From Perkinsus olseni (Eukaryota): 28,588 nucleotides of DNA. The translations under genes were made by a program, and so were the position numbers. The number at the start of each line of letters is the position of its first letter. Position 1 is the first letter of the stretch. Under the pieces are notes generated by a model. It saw only the letters and a program-made list of their open reading frames with translations. It made no database searches and was not told the DNA's origin. Below are positions 10,909-22,517 of this stretch, one piece after another. The stretch covers positions 62,001-90,588 of the forward strand of contig JABANN010000058.1 of NCBI GenBank assembly GCA_013115125.1. Direction: 5' to 3'.

Positions 10909-12601
10909 TTAGGTTCTACCGCTCGAGGAGGCAGCAACCGCCTTCGACCTCAGAGCCCGAACGATAGCGATGTACGGCGAGCACGTGGTGTCGTGTATAC
11001 GAGTATAGTCGAACCAGCAACCGACATCCAAAACATTCATTCGGAAAGTATCCACACGTGAGAGGTTCCACGTTCTGAGAGACTCCAAAAGCTCCACCGG
11101 GTCGGCCAGAAACGAAGATTCCTTCCATCTCACCGCGACTTTGCTCCAATCGACAAGGTGCTCGAATGCGGGCACTATTCGGTCTCCAACAATGACAGGT
11201 ACACAGCCGCTGAATATAGACTCATAAAGATGATTCGACCAATTGGAGGTGCCGGGCATGACAAGGCAGAACCTCGATCGCCCTTTGATATCGAAAAAAT
11301 CGTCTACTATGCCTCCAATGCTCACACCAGGAATCCCCGGAAGCTTCTCTTCGGCAAGTTGACGAATCATGTTATTTCGGTAATAGTGATGATTGCTAGG
11401 TAGACGACCGTGGAAGCTGAGTAATAGATCTCTGTTATTTGTTGAACGAGAACTTGCTCTCAACTCCCTCAGGCGGGAGGAGGAAATCGAGCCGGGGATA
11501 ACAATGTCCTTGTGCGGCACGTCGAAAACTGATGGGGACTCTTCCGCGGTGTGTGGCTCCGTTGTGGCGAACACCGACTGCTTCAGTGACGGCAATCTGT
11601 CCCTCCACCCCGGAGCTATGTGAGAGAAGTTCACTCGTAGCCCCTGGTCAGCAAGCACCAGCAGTCTTTTCGCTGGCGCCACCTCGTCCCTGGCGAGGGT
11701 AGCCACGAGGTCTGCGCGCCTTCCTTTGGCAGGCAAATTCGGAACCACAAGCGACTTACACTCAAGGTCTTGGCAACTGAGATGGTGGTGGCAAGTCCGG
11801 TGGTCAGCGTACACGGCGAAATTGGCTGAGTTAGGGTCCTCAGCGTGGCAAGTGCTTGAAGCAAACCAGGCAGGGATCAACGCCTCGACACCCCATTGGC
11901 CATGATTCCCACAGAAAAGACTGCCATCGGGGTGAACAGCTCGAACATGAACTCTCAAGAGTTGCTCAGAATCACATGGGAGTGGGCTTTCGACGCTGCC
12001 GAGCAGCATATCAACTGGAGGACCGAGATCTCGTAGTTCGATTCCCCAGGCTGAGACAGACTCGGATGAATTGGCGTATCTGAGTGAGCCGTGGAGACCA
12101 CACATGAAGTAAGAAGTACTTCAAAGCCAACGCCTTAGCCATCGTCAGCCACTCACTCGCCTTGTCCTTACCGAACTCGAAATCTATAGCAGCTAAGGCG
12201 TTGAGGATGACGACCAATACGCCCGGCAAGCAGTCTTGAAGGACTACCGCCAGGCCTGAAATGGGTCTTCCCTTTATTTGACGACTCAAGCCTGTTCGCT
12301 CTACCGGTCTCGTATGCATCATCCTGCTCGATGAGCCGAGTAAGTAGGTTGCTGAAGGTGTAGTGTCGCTCTAAGGACCGAATAGTGGTCGGGGACAGGA
12401 CCTCGCTCCGCATACTCATTGAGACCACACAGCATAGCAACACGGCCCCCTTACATCAGGCAGATGCCAGTTGCTGGCGAAGTGCTTAACCTGCTCCCAC
12501 TCTAGCTCTGATACCACACCAGGCACTCCCCGACAAGGGTAATCAACCCCCATAACACTCCCTCGGCCGAGCAGTAGGATACAAACTGGGAGCGGCCTCA
12601 T
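10909..12601 (-). CDS. Exostosin-family (GT47) glycosyltransferase, multi-exon, with N-terminal signal-like sequence
   Basis: GQWGVEALI, DPNSANF, KDIVIP, LLSFHG, SRFCLVMPG...LYESIFSGCVPVIVGD...FEHLVDWSKVAV. Probable start is MRPLPVCILLLG at 12601. 5' exon boundaries are uncertain. Confidence 0.82.
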
Positions 12602-12756
12602 TGAAAAACTGAAGTAGCGCCTTGGGGACACCACCGACGAAGGGCTCTTAGAAAGTTGCATACCATCACGGGAACTCTCATCTCCCTAGTGGCTCTGATT
12701 CTCAGTTCCGAACGCGACATGGTCTTCAGAAGACACACCTCACTCCACGGCTCAAG

Positions 12757-14195
12757 TTATCGGTCAGCAAAGGACCGTTCACCGGCAGTTCGGAGAGCGT
12801 TGCGGATGACGAAGTATACGGGTACTACGCCCATGACGAACAACAACCAGCAGAGCCAGAACTGACTGCGGCAGCTCACGCCTACCGCTGGAGTATCCAG
12901 AGCCCAGCCAAGGGCCGCTCCTAACGACTGCGCGGACTTGTAAAAACCTGTGTACTTTGCAGAGACACTTGTATCACCCAAAGCAAGGATGCCTAGCAGC
13001 CAATAACAGTACGCCTGCAGTACCGACTCTAGGAAACCGTAGGCAACAAGCAGTAGGATGATACTCCACGAACCCGCCGCGTTCGAAACGGAGTCCAACG
13101 GTGTACCCTGGCGAACGACAGTTAACAAAGATTCTTCCATGAACGCGCCGTAGATGTAGACACAAGTGCCTCCGATGATGAGCCACCAGAGGGCCCGAAG
13201 TGCTTTTGTTCGCACTCCAAGTTTGGCCTGATCTAGCATTCTGCCGATGGCTATAGCGCCAGCCATCTGGGACACCCAGTACAGGGCCGAGTTGAGTCCT
13301 CGGGAGCGAGCACTGAAAGTAGAAGCATTCACGCAATTGAAGACGTACGTGTAGTAGAAATTGGTCCCCAAAAACAACGGAGCCAAAAGGACCACTGCCT
13401 TCTCCTTCACCACGGCCATCGTGTCGACTATTTCCTTCCCAACAGGCTTGGCAGGAGGCACTATTACAGGCACGCCGTCTGACCGTATGACTCTATCCGG
13501 CGGTGCGATCATAAGCCATCCGATGGCCGTACCGGAGATCATGACACAAACGAAGACAAGATAAGTCCAATCGTTCGAACCGGACGTTTCACTTCCATTG
13601 TAGTTGATGATGAATTGTAGCAGGCCACCCAAGAAGCCGCCCATATTAAAGATGAGCCAGAACTCCCCAATGTAGCGACCCCGCTCCTCGGGCGCTGCGT
13701 AGGCCATCATCACGGCGCCCTGCGCGGTCCACAGTAGCGCGGCACCCACTCCAAGCAGCGCACCCGCCAGAACGAAAACGGGATAGCCTTGGATCGTGTC
13801 ACTGTCCTTGGCGAAGTACGCCGCAGCAGCATACAGGCAGTAAGTCGCGGACCCTGAAACTATCAGCTTCCGGACGCCCAGTTGGTTGAAGAGCGATCCA
13901 CCGAAGAAGCCTGCTACTGCGAAGGACAAATAGAGAGCAACGTTGGCAGTATCAGCAGCAACTGTTGACCTCATGCCTGCACCACCCAAACCTACGGAAC
14001 AATATAGTGTAGCTGCACTCATTCAACACAGGTGAGTCACTCACCCTGTAGGGCATTGAAGAAGCCCGGGCAAGCAAAGCAAATCACCGAAATCACTCGG
14101 CACTGCTGGCGTGCATTGACCCATCGCTCAGCAGCTTGCCCACTCCTGCGTGGAGCGTCGATGGAAGAAGCTGCCGCTACAGTGCCCCCTGGCAT
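12757..14195 (-). CDS. UNC-93-like MFS membrane protein (2 exons)
   Basis: Exon 1 from ATG 14195 ends ...VICFACPGFFNALQG, spliced to LGGAG...GALLGVGAALLWTAQGAVMMAYA...RGRYIGEFWLIFNMGGFLGG, FSARSRGLNSALYW, GFYKSAQSLGAALGW; many TM segments. Confidence 0.9.
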
Positions 14196-14306
14196 TTACG
14201 TTGACAAGGCCTTCTCGTCGCTTTAATTGATGAGCACAACGACGCAGGGATCAGTGCAGTTGCAGTAGTGATAGAACGGAAATAAATAATACAGAGATGA
14301 TCATCA

Positions 14307-15398
14307 TCAGGGGTATAATGGACCGACGAAAGTAGAGTCTTGTTTAACTTGGAGGAAGTCGCCCTGGTTCTTCGACCTCGCGCTAGAATACACCCCAATG
14401 TGCTGGACCAGGGAGGGGTAAGTTCGCAGTACTCGTCCATGGCCCTTAGCCCATTCATATTGCTCCAAGTCAAGGCCTAGCGGATCGCTCTCTCGGTGGA
14501 CATAGTCCTGCAGGAACTCCCTCAGAGGTCGTACGGACTCCCTGGGATATGCCGTTGCAACCGAGCTCGCGTCGACGGTGGTGGGTAAAAGGTCCACCCC
14601 CGGCCCTGTATGAATGACCCTCTCGAACGCTTGCTTGGAAATGACGAGAACTATACACACTAAAAACAAGCCTGCGCAAAAGCCACAGAGATAACGCTCC
14701 TTCCAAGAAAGCAGGGGAGCCGCACGCCGCAAGTAAAGGGCCACCAGTAGAGTTACTGCCAGCAATATGAACACGAACAACGGCGTGTCCACAGCACTCC
14801 AGCCCGACCAGTGGTCCGACACAAACAGTTTCACCATCGCAGCGTCCTTCTCATGAGAGACATATCGCATGAACTTCTCCACGAAATCGACCGTGAGGAT
14901 CGTGTCACCCTCGAAAACTAGACACCAAGGGCGGTCTTCTTGCAAGCAAATGTCCAAGGCGTCAATGTGATCCAAGTAGAGAGCGCGCTTCCACTGTGAA
15001 TAGCCTGTTGCCGCCAACGGAGTCGCGTTGCGGACGGTTATCCCCTCCATGTTGTAGACCTCTCGCGGCAAGTTCGGATCCTCCCTGTTGATGATGAAGA
15101 GATGCGGTCGAGGCTCGGGATTGAAGGCAAGGAAGGACCAGAGGAAAGCCTGGACGTAAGGCTCCTTGCGCTCCACCGTCATAACAACCATCGTTGGCTT
15201 CGCAGCGAAGTACTCCCCAGACGCCTCCATGTAGTTCTCATGCAGCCTCGCTTTGTACGCGCCCTTGACGTCAAGAGGGTTGTACATCCACGAGGTCGAC
15301 GTAATAAGGAAGAGGAGGCACAGGCCTGCCGCCACAGCAGCAACCTTGTACCAACGGTAGCCCAGTGGGTTCCGCCAAGACTGAGAGTTGAATGCCAT
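14307..15398 (-). CDS. PGAP4/TMEM246-like GT-A glycosyltransferase (candidate GPI side-chain GalNAc transferase), intronless
   Basis: N-terminal TM; MTVERKEPYV; WCLVFEGD (DxD-like); VKLF followed by two internal TM helices; C-terminal YPSLVQHIGVYSS. This three-TM topology is characteristic of PGAP4. Confidence 0.72.
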   Translation of the reverse strand: MAFNSQSWRNPLGYRWYKVAAVAAGLCLLFLITSTSWMYNPLDVKGAYKARLHENYMEASGEYFAAKPTMVVMTVERKEPYVQAFLWSFLAFNPEPRPHLFIINREDPNLPREVYNMEGITVRNATPLAATGYSQWKRALYLDHIDALDICLQEDRPWCLVFEGDTILTVDFVEKFMRYVSHEKDAAMVKLFVSDHWSGWSAVDTPLFVFILLAVTLLVALYLRRAAPLLSWKERYLCGFCAGLFLVCIVLVISKQAFERVIHTGPGVDLLPTTVDASSVATAYPRESVRPLREFLQDYVHRESDPLGLDLEQYEWAKGHGRVLRTYPSLVQHIGVYSSARSKNQGDFLQVKQDSTFVGPLYP

Positions 15399-15573
15399 GG
15401 AGGAGGCCAGTCTCTATCAAATGAGGGCCTCACTCAGGCTCACAAGGAATTCCTGGCAAACACAGAATGCCTTCCCATCCCGGAGAGAAAGGCTTGATGT
15501 TCACCAGCTTAACACCACGACGTCAGGGGAGATACATCACAGAACGCTAGGAGAAATGTCAGTGAATTGCAAC

Positions 15574-17347
15574 TCATAGCTCAGTCTCGTCATCGTCGAA
15601 CTCAGCAAAGTTATCCTAAAAGCACGCGCCTCCGCCGCGATGGCGATGTGCAGAAGCACCGTAGACCCACCTCGATAAGACCATCTGCAACCGTCCACAA
15701 GAGCTGGTGCTTGCCAGGCGCGGTGTCGTTCTCCGAACCGTAGTGAGCTGAAGATGAGAAAAGCTACTTCCTCCTGCGGAGGCTCTCATCAGTACCTTCT
15801 ATCCTCTCGAGATGTGTCGCGTTCACCAAGGTCATCTCCAAGGCTGCTGGGTGACCATGATGAGGGTATCGTGCCATCCACCGGGATAGGGCTGAAGGGA
15901 ACACAAACTCTACAGCGAGCCGAACAAGATTCTGCACTGTATGGCAGACCTACCAACGTCAGCAAGGATCACTCTTCCTCCGCAGCGGACCTTCATGCGA
16001 CCGCCCTCACTGGGAGTGTGGCCCACGACCATACGAGCCACACCGTAATGACGCAGAACGTCAATCAATGGTGGGCATGCCTCTTCGTCCATTCCCAAGG
16101 CGTATACCTGGCACGCCAAAAACACTCAAGAGATGACGTTCGAGATCCACCCGGAGAGAGAGCATAAAGGACGAGAATGCTGCGGCAAATCAGCGCAAAC
16201 TCATAATTCCAGAGAGAGCCACTACATATCTCCGCAGAGCAGTCCACGAATCTATGCTACATTCCTTTGAGTTCCCAAGACCGAAATTTCTCCTCGATAC
16301 GGCAAGAAGCACTTCCCAGAGAGCTTACACGAGACCATACGGGACTAGACTCCGACAGGAAGAGGGGGTTCTTCAAGGCACCGTCATTGATCATTCTCGA
16401 AGCTTGCTCATTCAGCTCGTCAATCGAGCGATCGGTCAGGGCCGGCAACACCCCACCGTGGACGAAGCTGACCATTGAGTAGCTCCCAGCCAGCACGATC
16501 CCCACCTCCACCACTACATCGTATCAGCTCGAGCCAAAGGAAGAAGCTCCGGCACTTGCCCACCACTGTACTTGGACGCGAACGAACCTGCACGGCGTCG
16601 GAAGTGAACAGCACCAACGAAAGTACAGTGGGTACCTCCATAGATGTGGACGAGCTCGTAATGGTCCCGAATCATAGTCCATATCTCGCCACCGGGCGCC
16701 CAGCTCTCCCTTCTGGCCGACTCCCCTCCAAACTCAGCCACGTCCTCATCGGTCACGTAGCGTCCAGCCATGCCCAGCATGTTGAGAATCTCGTGATTGC
16801 CTGCAAGAACGCTGCTGCCGCACCCTTGGTGACGAGGCTCCTCACCTAGCACCCGGACCACCTCGTTGGCGCCCTCCGCAGCGTAGAGATTCTGCATCAG
16901 CCGGTAGCACTGGAGGCCGAGCGGGCCCCGATCTATCAAGTCGCCCAGTTGAACTACCTGAGAGCTTCTGGTCAGTGCCCTGTGGGAGGGGTATACTCAC
17001 CATAACAGGCTCGGCAGGGTCCGAGGCATCCGCGTGCCACTCCACCTGCTGCTCCGCGTCCGTCGTGTGTTCAAGGTGCTTGTGAGATAGTACCCGGCCA
17101 TTCCTGAGCAGCAGCAGCAGCAGCAGCACCACTGCGACCATCCACAACGCAAACTCTGCGCATGGGCTCTCGTTTATCTCAGAGAATATGAGGCTGATAA
17201 GTGGACTTACTCGAGGGCCTGTATCAAATTGCGCTGATCTCCATGAACGTCAGCAACCGCCACTATGCGTTTAAACGGCAGTGGCTCGGATGAAGTAACA
17301 GTTGCAGCCAAATAAGCGGCCAGCACTACCAGGCGATAGAAAGTCAT
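15574..17347 (-). CDS. Shewanella-like (Shelph) PPP metallophosphoesterase with signal peptide, multi-exon
   Basis: MTFYRLVVLAAYLAATVTS signal; RIVAVADVHGD, VVQLGDLIDRGP, GNHEILN, FVHGG, MVVGHTP, VILADV|ALSRWM. The spliced C-terminus reads ...FDDDETEL* (stop 15574). Confidence 0.87.
17107..17127. repeat. (AGC)7 microsatellite in intron 1 of the phosphatase, just before the splice acceptor
   Basis: agcagcagcagcagcagcagc seen directly; on the coding strand it reads as a CTG run followed by ctcag. Confidence 0.85.
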
Positions 17348-17743
17348 CGAAAAAACGCGACAGGCAGGAAAGAAGTCAAGGAACAAAACTGCCCACGCGC
17401 GTGTCTTCACTGAGGGTCAACACAACGCGAAGGGCCACTGGGCAGATTCGAAACCGAGTAGCTCACTCAGTGGTACGTGCATGGGGCTGTGGGCTCCAGT
17501 GGGAACCGAAGCGGAGTAACATAGACAACAGAAGTAGAGTATCCTAGTCGACGGGCAACAGTGAACTTGACAGCTCGAGGCCCAACAGGGCAGCCAGGCT
17601 GTCAATGGCGAATGACACGCGGTACCGCTAAACTGGCTCGGCTTCGTCCCGTATTGGCTGCGAGTCCGAGTGAAGGCCAGGGCAAACGAAAAACTCCCTG
17701 AGAGGGGAGGCAGATAACCGGCTCCGTCTCGAGCGCATCCGAC

Positions 17744-19395
17744 CTACCCTGCAACCCAGGCGTCATCAACATCCTTGAACCAAGGCTGACAACCAAGAAT
17801 AGAAGATGCCATGTTGCGAGCACCACTCCCATTTACATGTGCCATGAGCTCCGCCACAGTAGCCCTAGCCGTCGGTGTCACCCGTAGACATGACAACGCT
17901 AACTCGTTCAACCAGTCGGGAATCTATCACAGGCACACTGCGGATCGCGTCCAGAGGAAGAGTGCCCACCTCGGGGTTCCGCTGCTGCATGGTCTGCAGC
18001 CCCCGGTCCTCCTTCCACTTCGGCCAAAGCTCGCAGTAGTCGGGGCAAGTCTCGACCTGCAGCCTCCCACTTCAGTACCATACCAACCGGAACTCACTCA
18101 CAATTCCTGGCCAGCTCTCCGGGGTCGGAGTGCCGCGCATCCGAAAGATTTGGAACAGCGTCTCGACCTCAGAGTCCGTAGGGAACAACGGGCTTCCTGA
18201 AATCACATCCAGCTCGTTCTCGTCCGACTCAGCTGACCTCCAGTGAAAAGCTCGGCCATCACGCACCCAATAGACCAGACGTCAATGCTGTAGGTGTAGT
18301 CCAGGGACCCCTGATCCAGGCGCACGCGTGGACCTCGGAGCGGACGAGCAAGAGCTCACCATTATCACTTCTGGGGCCCTGTACCAGAGCGTAACTATCT
18401 CGTGAGTACATCGATGTGTGGGGTGCATGTAGCTCCTTGCTAGACCGAAGTCCGCCAGTTTTATCCGACCTGTGCAGAGTGACCCCTCGTTGACGTTACT
18501 ACAGCTACAACTACTCCGCCATTAAAGTGCGCCCATCAAGGACATGGCCTCTGGAGCAACGGTAGGCTTATACAGCACACTCTATGCACAACATCCCTCC
18601 GAGCGCTCTCTCATATGCCACCACGCTCTTCGATATTCTCTACCACCACTACCTGTCGTCTGGGAGATGAGTAGATTCTGGGGCTTGATATCCCTGTGCA
18701 TGATTCGCAGTTCATGACAAGCCTTCACTCCCCGCAGGATTTGATAAACAAAGTACTTCAAGCACGGCGCCGAAGGGATAGCTGACAACCCGATCGGCTC
18801 CACCAGACCCTCTCCAAGAGGGGCTCACAATTCCTCTTGATGAACTGCCGCAGGTCGTAGGTGAGCAGCTCAAAGACCAGCGTCAGAGAGTCCCACGGGG
18901 AGCTGCTACCCCTGTCAGCGTGGATCTGCCGGAGCCGCCGTAACAGCACCTGCGGGAGCGAACAAACCACCCACATGAAGCAAGGAGACGACGTTCGCCG
19001 ATCTGATCTTCCGGAGGAGCGCTATCTCTCGGATGGCCAGGGACGGACAGCCCTCGTCCTCCAGGTTGATCCTGATCGCTACAATTTCGTGGCGCAGTGA
19101 CAGCGCTCCCACTTCATGCGTTTGATGGCCACGGGCTCCCTGGTGACCTTATCCATGCCTCTGTACACTTTGCCATAAGTACCCTCCCCAAGCTTCTCAC
19201 ACAGCTCGTACCTTCCCAACACCTTCAAACAGACGAACAATCCTCCACTGTGGAACACCTGTTTTCGAGCTCGTCTCGGTTCTGCGGTTCCTGCCCATCC
19301 GGACGTGGCCTCTTCAGCGACCGAGGTGGAGGTGGTGGAGGTGGTTGCATCGGCGTCGGTACTCTGTTCACCCTTTCTCTGTTGTCCACGTCCAT
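17744..19395 (-). CDS. Cyclin-dependent kinase (CDK1/2-related, PSLAIRE), multi-exon
   Basis: [16 protein letters not shown]...[49 protein letters not shown]...[40 protein letters not shown]. Exon 1 is Pro-rich, from ATG 19395. Confidence 0.92.
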
Positions 19396-19624
19396 CCCGT
19401 CGTCCCCTCCTAGCCCCGGGGCCGGGGGGATAGGGCACCCTACATAAATAGAGATCACGACGAGCCACCCCGCCCAATCTCTCACCGCTATTATTAGACG
19501 CGAGGGCAGCGAGGGGAAGAGGTAAGGGGGCTGGCATCCGGCACCAATGTCGCGCTCGAAACACTAATTCCACGCCAACTTGGCCCCCCCAGCAGCAGAA
19601 CACGAGCCAGCACAAGGTTGAAAA

Positions 19625-20498
19625 TCAACTCTCACAGTGCCTCGTCACAGCATCGACCAAAGCCCCGAATGGGGGTACGAAAAAATGGTCCTCACCAGGT
19701 ACCTCAACGTACCTAACAGGCCACCTCACCCACCGATGGAAGGGGATAGCCCAGCCTACTCGACCTTCGGACGGAGCATACGAGCTACCCGCCGCTGCAC
19801 ATCAATGGGAACAAGGGTATCTTCAGTACCACCAATTTGAACCTTGGAAAAGGTCGAGCTTCGAGTAAGATACCATCCCCCTGGATACTCACAATGAAGC
19901 CGCAATTATTCTGTATTGCCGACCAGTCGAAAGGGCCGTCAAAGTAGCCACTGGCCGCCTCCATACTATCCCCCAAGGGGTCGTCATAGACAGCAATCAA
20001 CACGATCCCCTACAAAAGATCCGGTGTGTGACATCAACAATACTCCAAGGCGCGCTTCGCTCCGCTAAGAAAAAGTCGCCTTTCGCCATACTCGAAGTTT
20101 CTGCTCTTCCGCCAGACGCAATGCCGCCACAGCTCCCGAGGAGTGTCCGACCAAAACCGTGTTCTCGTCACACTTCAGCGTATCACGAATATATCTACCA
20201 CGATCAACAAGATGGCTAAAGCGGCTCAGCGCAATTAGAAGGCATCTTAGGTCGACCCCACTACGGTATCCAAATCGATCGCCTCGCTCTCACGGGGTCC
20301 GGCATTCCTCCCTCTGGGAGCTTCACTTCGTACCTTACCGTTCACCCATAGGGAAACGATGGCCGCTGGTCTTCCTCACCCCCTGTCAAGCATTTGCTTT
20401 TCAAACCATCCGTAGAAATTAGCTGGGCGAATGTCCCCACCGCCCCCGTTGCCAGGCACCAACACTATCTTAGGTCGACCCGCGTTCTCCGCAGACAT
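19625..20498 (-). CDS. RBBP9: RBBP9/YdeN-family alpha/beta serine hydrolase, multi-exon
   Basis: KIVLVPGNGGGG...FYGW, MPDPVRARRSIWIP, LKCDENTVLVGHSSGAVAALR (nucleophile Ser), EAASGYFDGPFDW, GTEDTLVP (Asp), EDHF (His). Most of it is invisible in the ORF track. Confidence 0.9.
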
Positions 20499-20639
20499 GG
20501 CTGCACAAGAACTCTAAGGGTAACGCCACACCGAAACCACCACTAGTGAACCCTAACCATTTTTTCACGCGACACTTGTAAAACCTAATGAAACCGTTGA
20601 CCTCTCGCGTGAAAAACGGGCCATGAACCAAGAAAAGAA

Positions 20640-22363
20640 TCATGACAGCACCCGAGACCTGGCCTCGTTAATGAGTCTATTGAGCTCTATGGCCGCTGCC
20701 CTCCTATCAGCGGCCTTCGATATCCCCCTACTGACAGGGAAGAGGATGCCCATCCCTGTCTGCCGATCCAGACCGGCTCTCACTGCAGCCTCCAGGTCGC
20801 CGCCCTAAAGAGTCGGAAGAATCGATATTCATGAGAATTAAGCCGATCCACTAGGATCCTATCGTCCCACATCAAACGACGAGCGTGAAGTCCTCTGGAG
20901 CCTTCTTGCTCACCTGAGCCCCGATGCCAGGAGCCAAGAAACATACCCCACAGGGCAGACTCTGTCTGAGGCTCCTCATCGCTTCCGTATCGGTAGCCCC
21001 AACGACAAGCCCCACGCTTGCTGGGCCCCGGTCTGTCGACTCCAGAGCAACCTTCGCTACGTGGTGGTACAGAAGGGTCCCATCACCTGCATTACCACTA
21101 AGCACAGTCGCCAACTATGAAGCGCCTAAGAAAACCCCGCACACTCTTCTTCGGTCTAGTCGTTAAGGTATCGTAAACTGTCACTAAAACATGTCGTTTT
21201 CGCCTCTTCCTCGCATACCACGACTGTTGTGGTACAGCACGTGATGAAAGCGAAGGACGCTTCCCTACCGCCTATCAGTGGTTATCCTAGCAACTTACTA
21301 GGATAACTAGTACCTTGCCAGTAGCAAGGCTATTTTCCGATGAGCAACCACAACACGCGGGAGCGAATGATCAACTAGAGTAGTTCGTAAGACGATCCAC
21401 TCTCACAAGCAATGGCGACACCCCATGCGAAGACTACGAAGGTACGGCGGTGACAAGCCGTAACCTGAACTTGATCCTCTGGGCATCTCCCGCTTTCTCG
21501 AGAAGCATCAAAAATCCCAAACGCTACCCTTTCCCCTAACCGACTACATGAGGTAAATAGCTGCGACCTACTTCGCCTACAGTACGCATACTCGATTTCC
21601 AAGTCCGACTCCGACACAAAAACCAACCCAACTCGCCCCTACCAACTCACCCAGCCTGCACGTCTGTATATCATCGCTTCCCTTGTTGCTCGTCTTACAC
21701 AGCGCCCACACGCCCCTACTCGAGTCGCTCAAGAAGGGCTCCATACTATCCTTTCCCATGTACCTTGAGCTGAACACTTAGACCAAACAACCGCGTCCCC
21801 CTTCCCCTACGGGTTGACCGTAATACTGTCGGCCCCTAGCACTTCATAGGCGCTCTTCGCGTAAGCCTGAGCCGTGCTACCAATATCCCCCCTCTTAGCG
21901 TCAAGTACCTATGACAATAGGTTTCTACTGCGCACTCCGAGGGGCCTTACCACCAACGCCGCGCCATCAGTAGAACGTCTTATGTGCTCGATTAGTCGTT
22001 TGAGTTGTTGCCACCCCGCGGCACCGAACTGCTCGAAGAAGGCAGCGTTGGGCTTATAGGCGACTGAGGGACACCGGTATCCCGCAAACTCAATCCTAGC
22101 GTCTTATCCATTTCACATAACCGCAGTTACTTTGGCACGCTAATGCGGACTATCAACGACGATGCTTAAGCTCGCCCTCCACCCAAACTACCCGCCACAT
22201 CCTTCGTGGCCTCCACCAGCTCCTCACAAAACTTGAACGCCGCCTCTGGTGTAGGCTCGGGTAGCTCAGAGACGTGTGGATCCAATCCAACGCACAGCAA
22301 AGAATCTTTAGCTCTGCATCTTTCCGCGAGGCGCTCGAAAAACGGGGCGGCGGCCATGCTCAT
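20640..22363 (-). CDS. pyrF: Orotidine 5'-phosphate decarboxylase (monofunctional), multi-exon
   Basis: [80 protein letters not shown]. Stop at 20640. Confidence 0.94.
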
Positions 22364-22517
22364 GGCTATGAAACTGACTGGAACTAGACGGCAGCCCAGA
22401 GATCATACGCTGAGCCAGGTTCTCCCAGCCGGTTGAAGCAAGATGAACGCAACAGAGAGCAACTCTTCGTAAACCTACACGGTAACCGCGAAACTGCTTA
22501 TCACCAATGACCTAGCC

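Noticed and set aside
20208..20218. TAGCCATCTTG, an 11-nt match to the Perkinsus spliced leader as I recall it
   Set aside because: It is inside an intron and lacks the GCTCAAG end; a match this short is plausible by chance. No convincing SL relic was found upstream of the intronless genes either.
20244..20481. 15-nt direct repeat atcttaggtcgaccc (20244 and 20467)
   Set aside because: One copy is exonic and one intronic, with no element structure between them; insufficient evidence of function.
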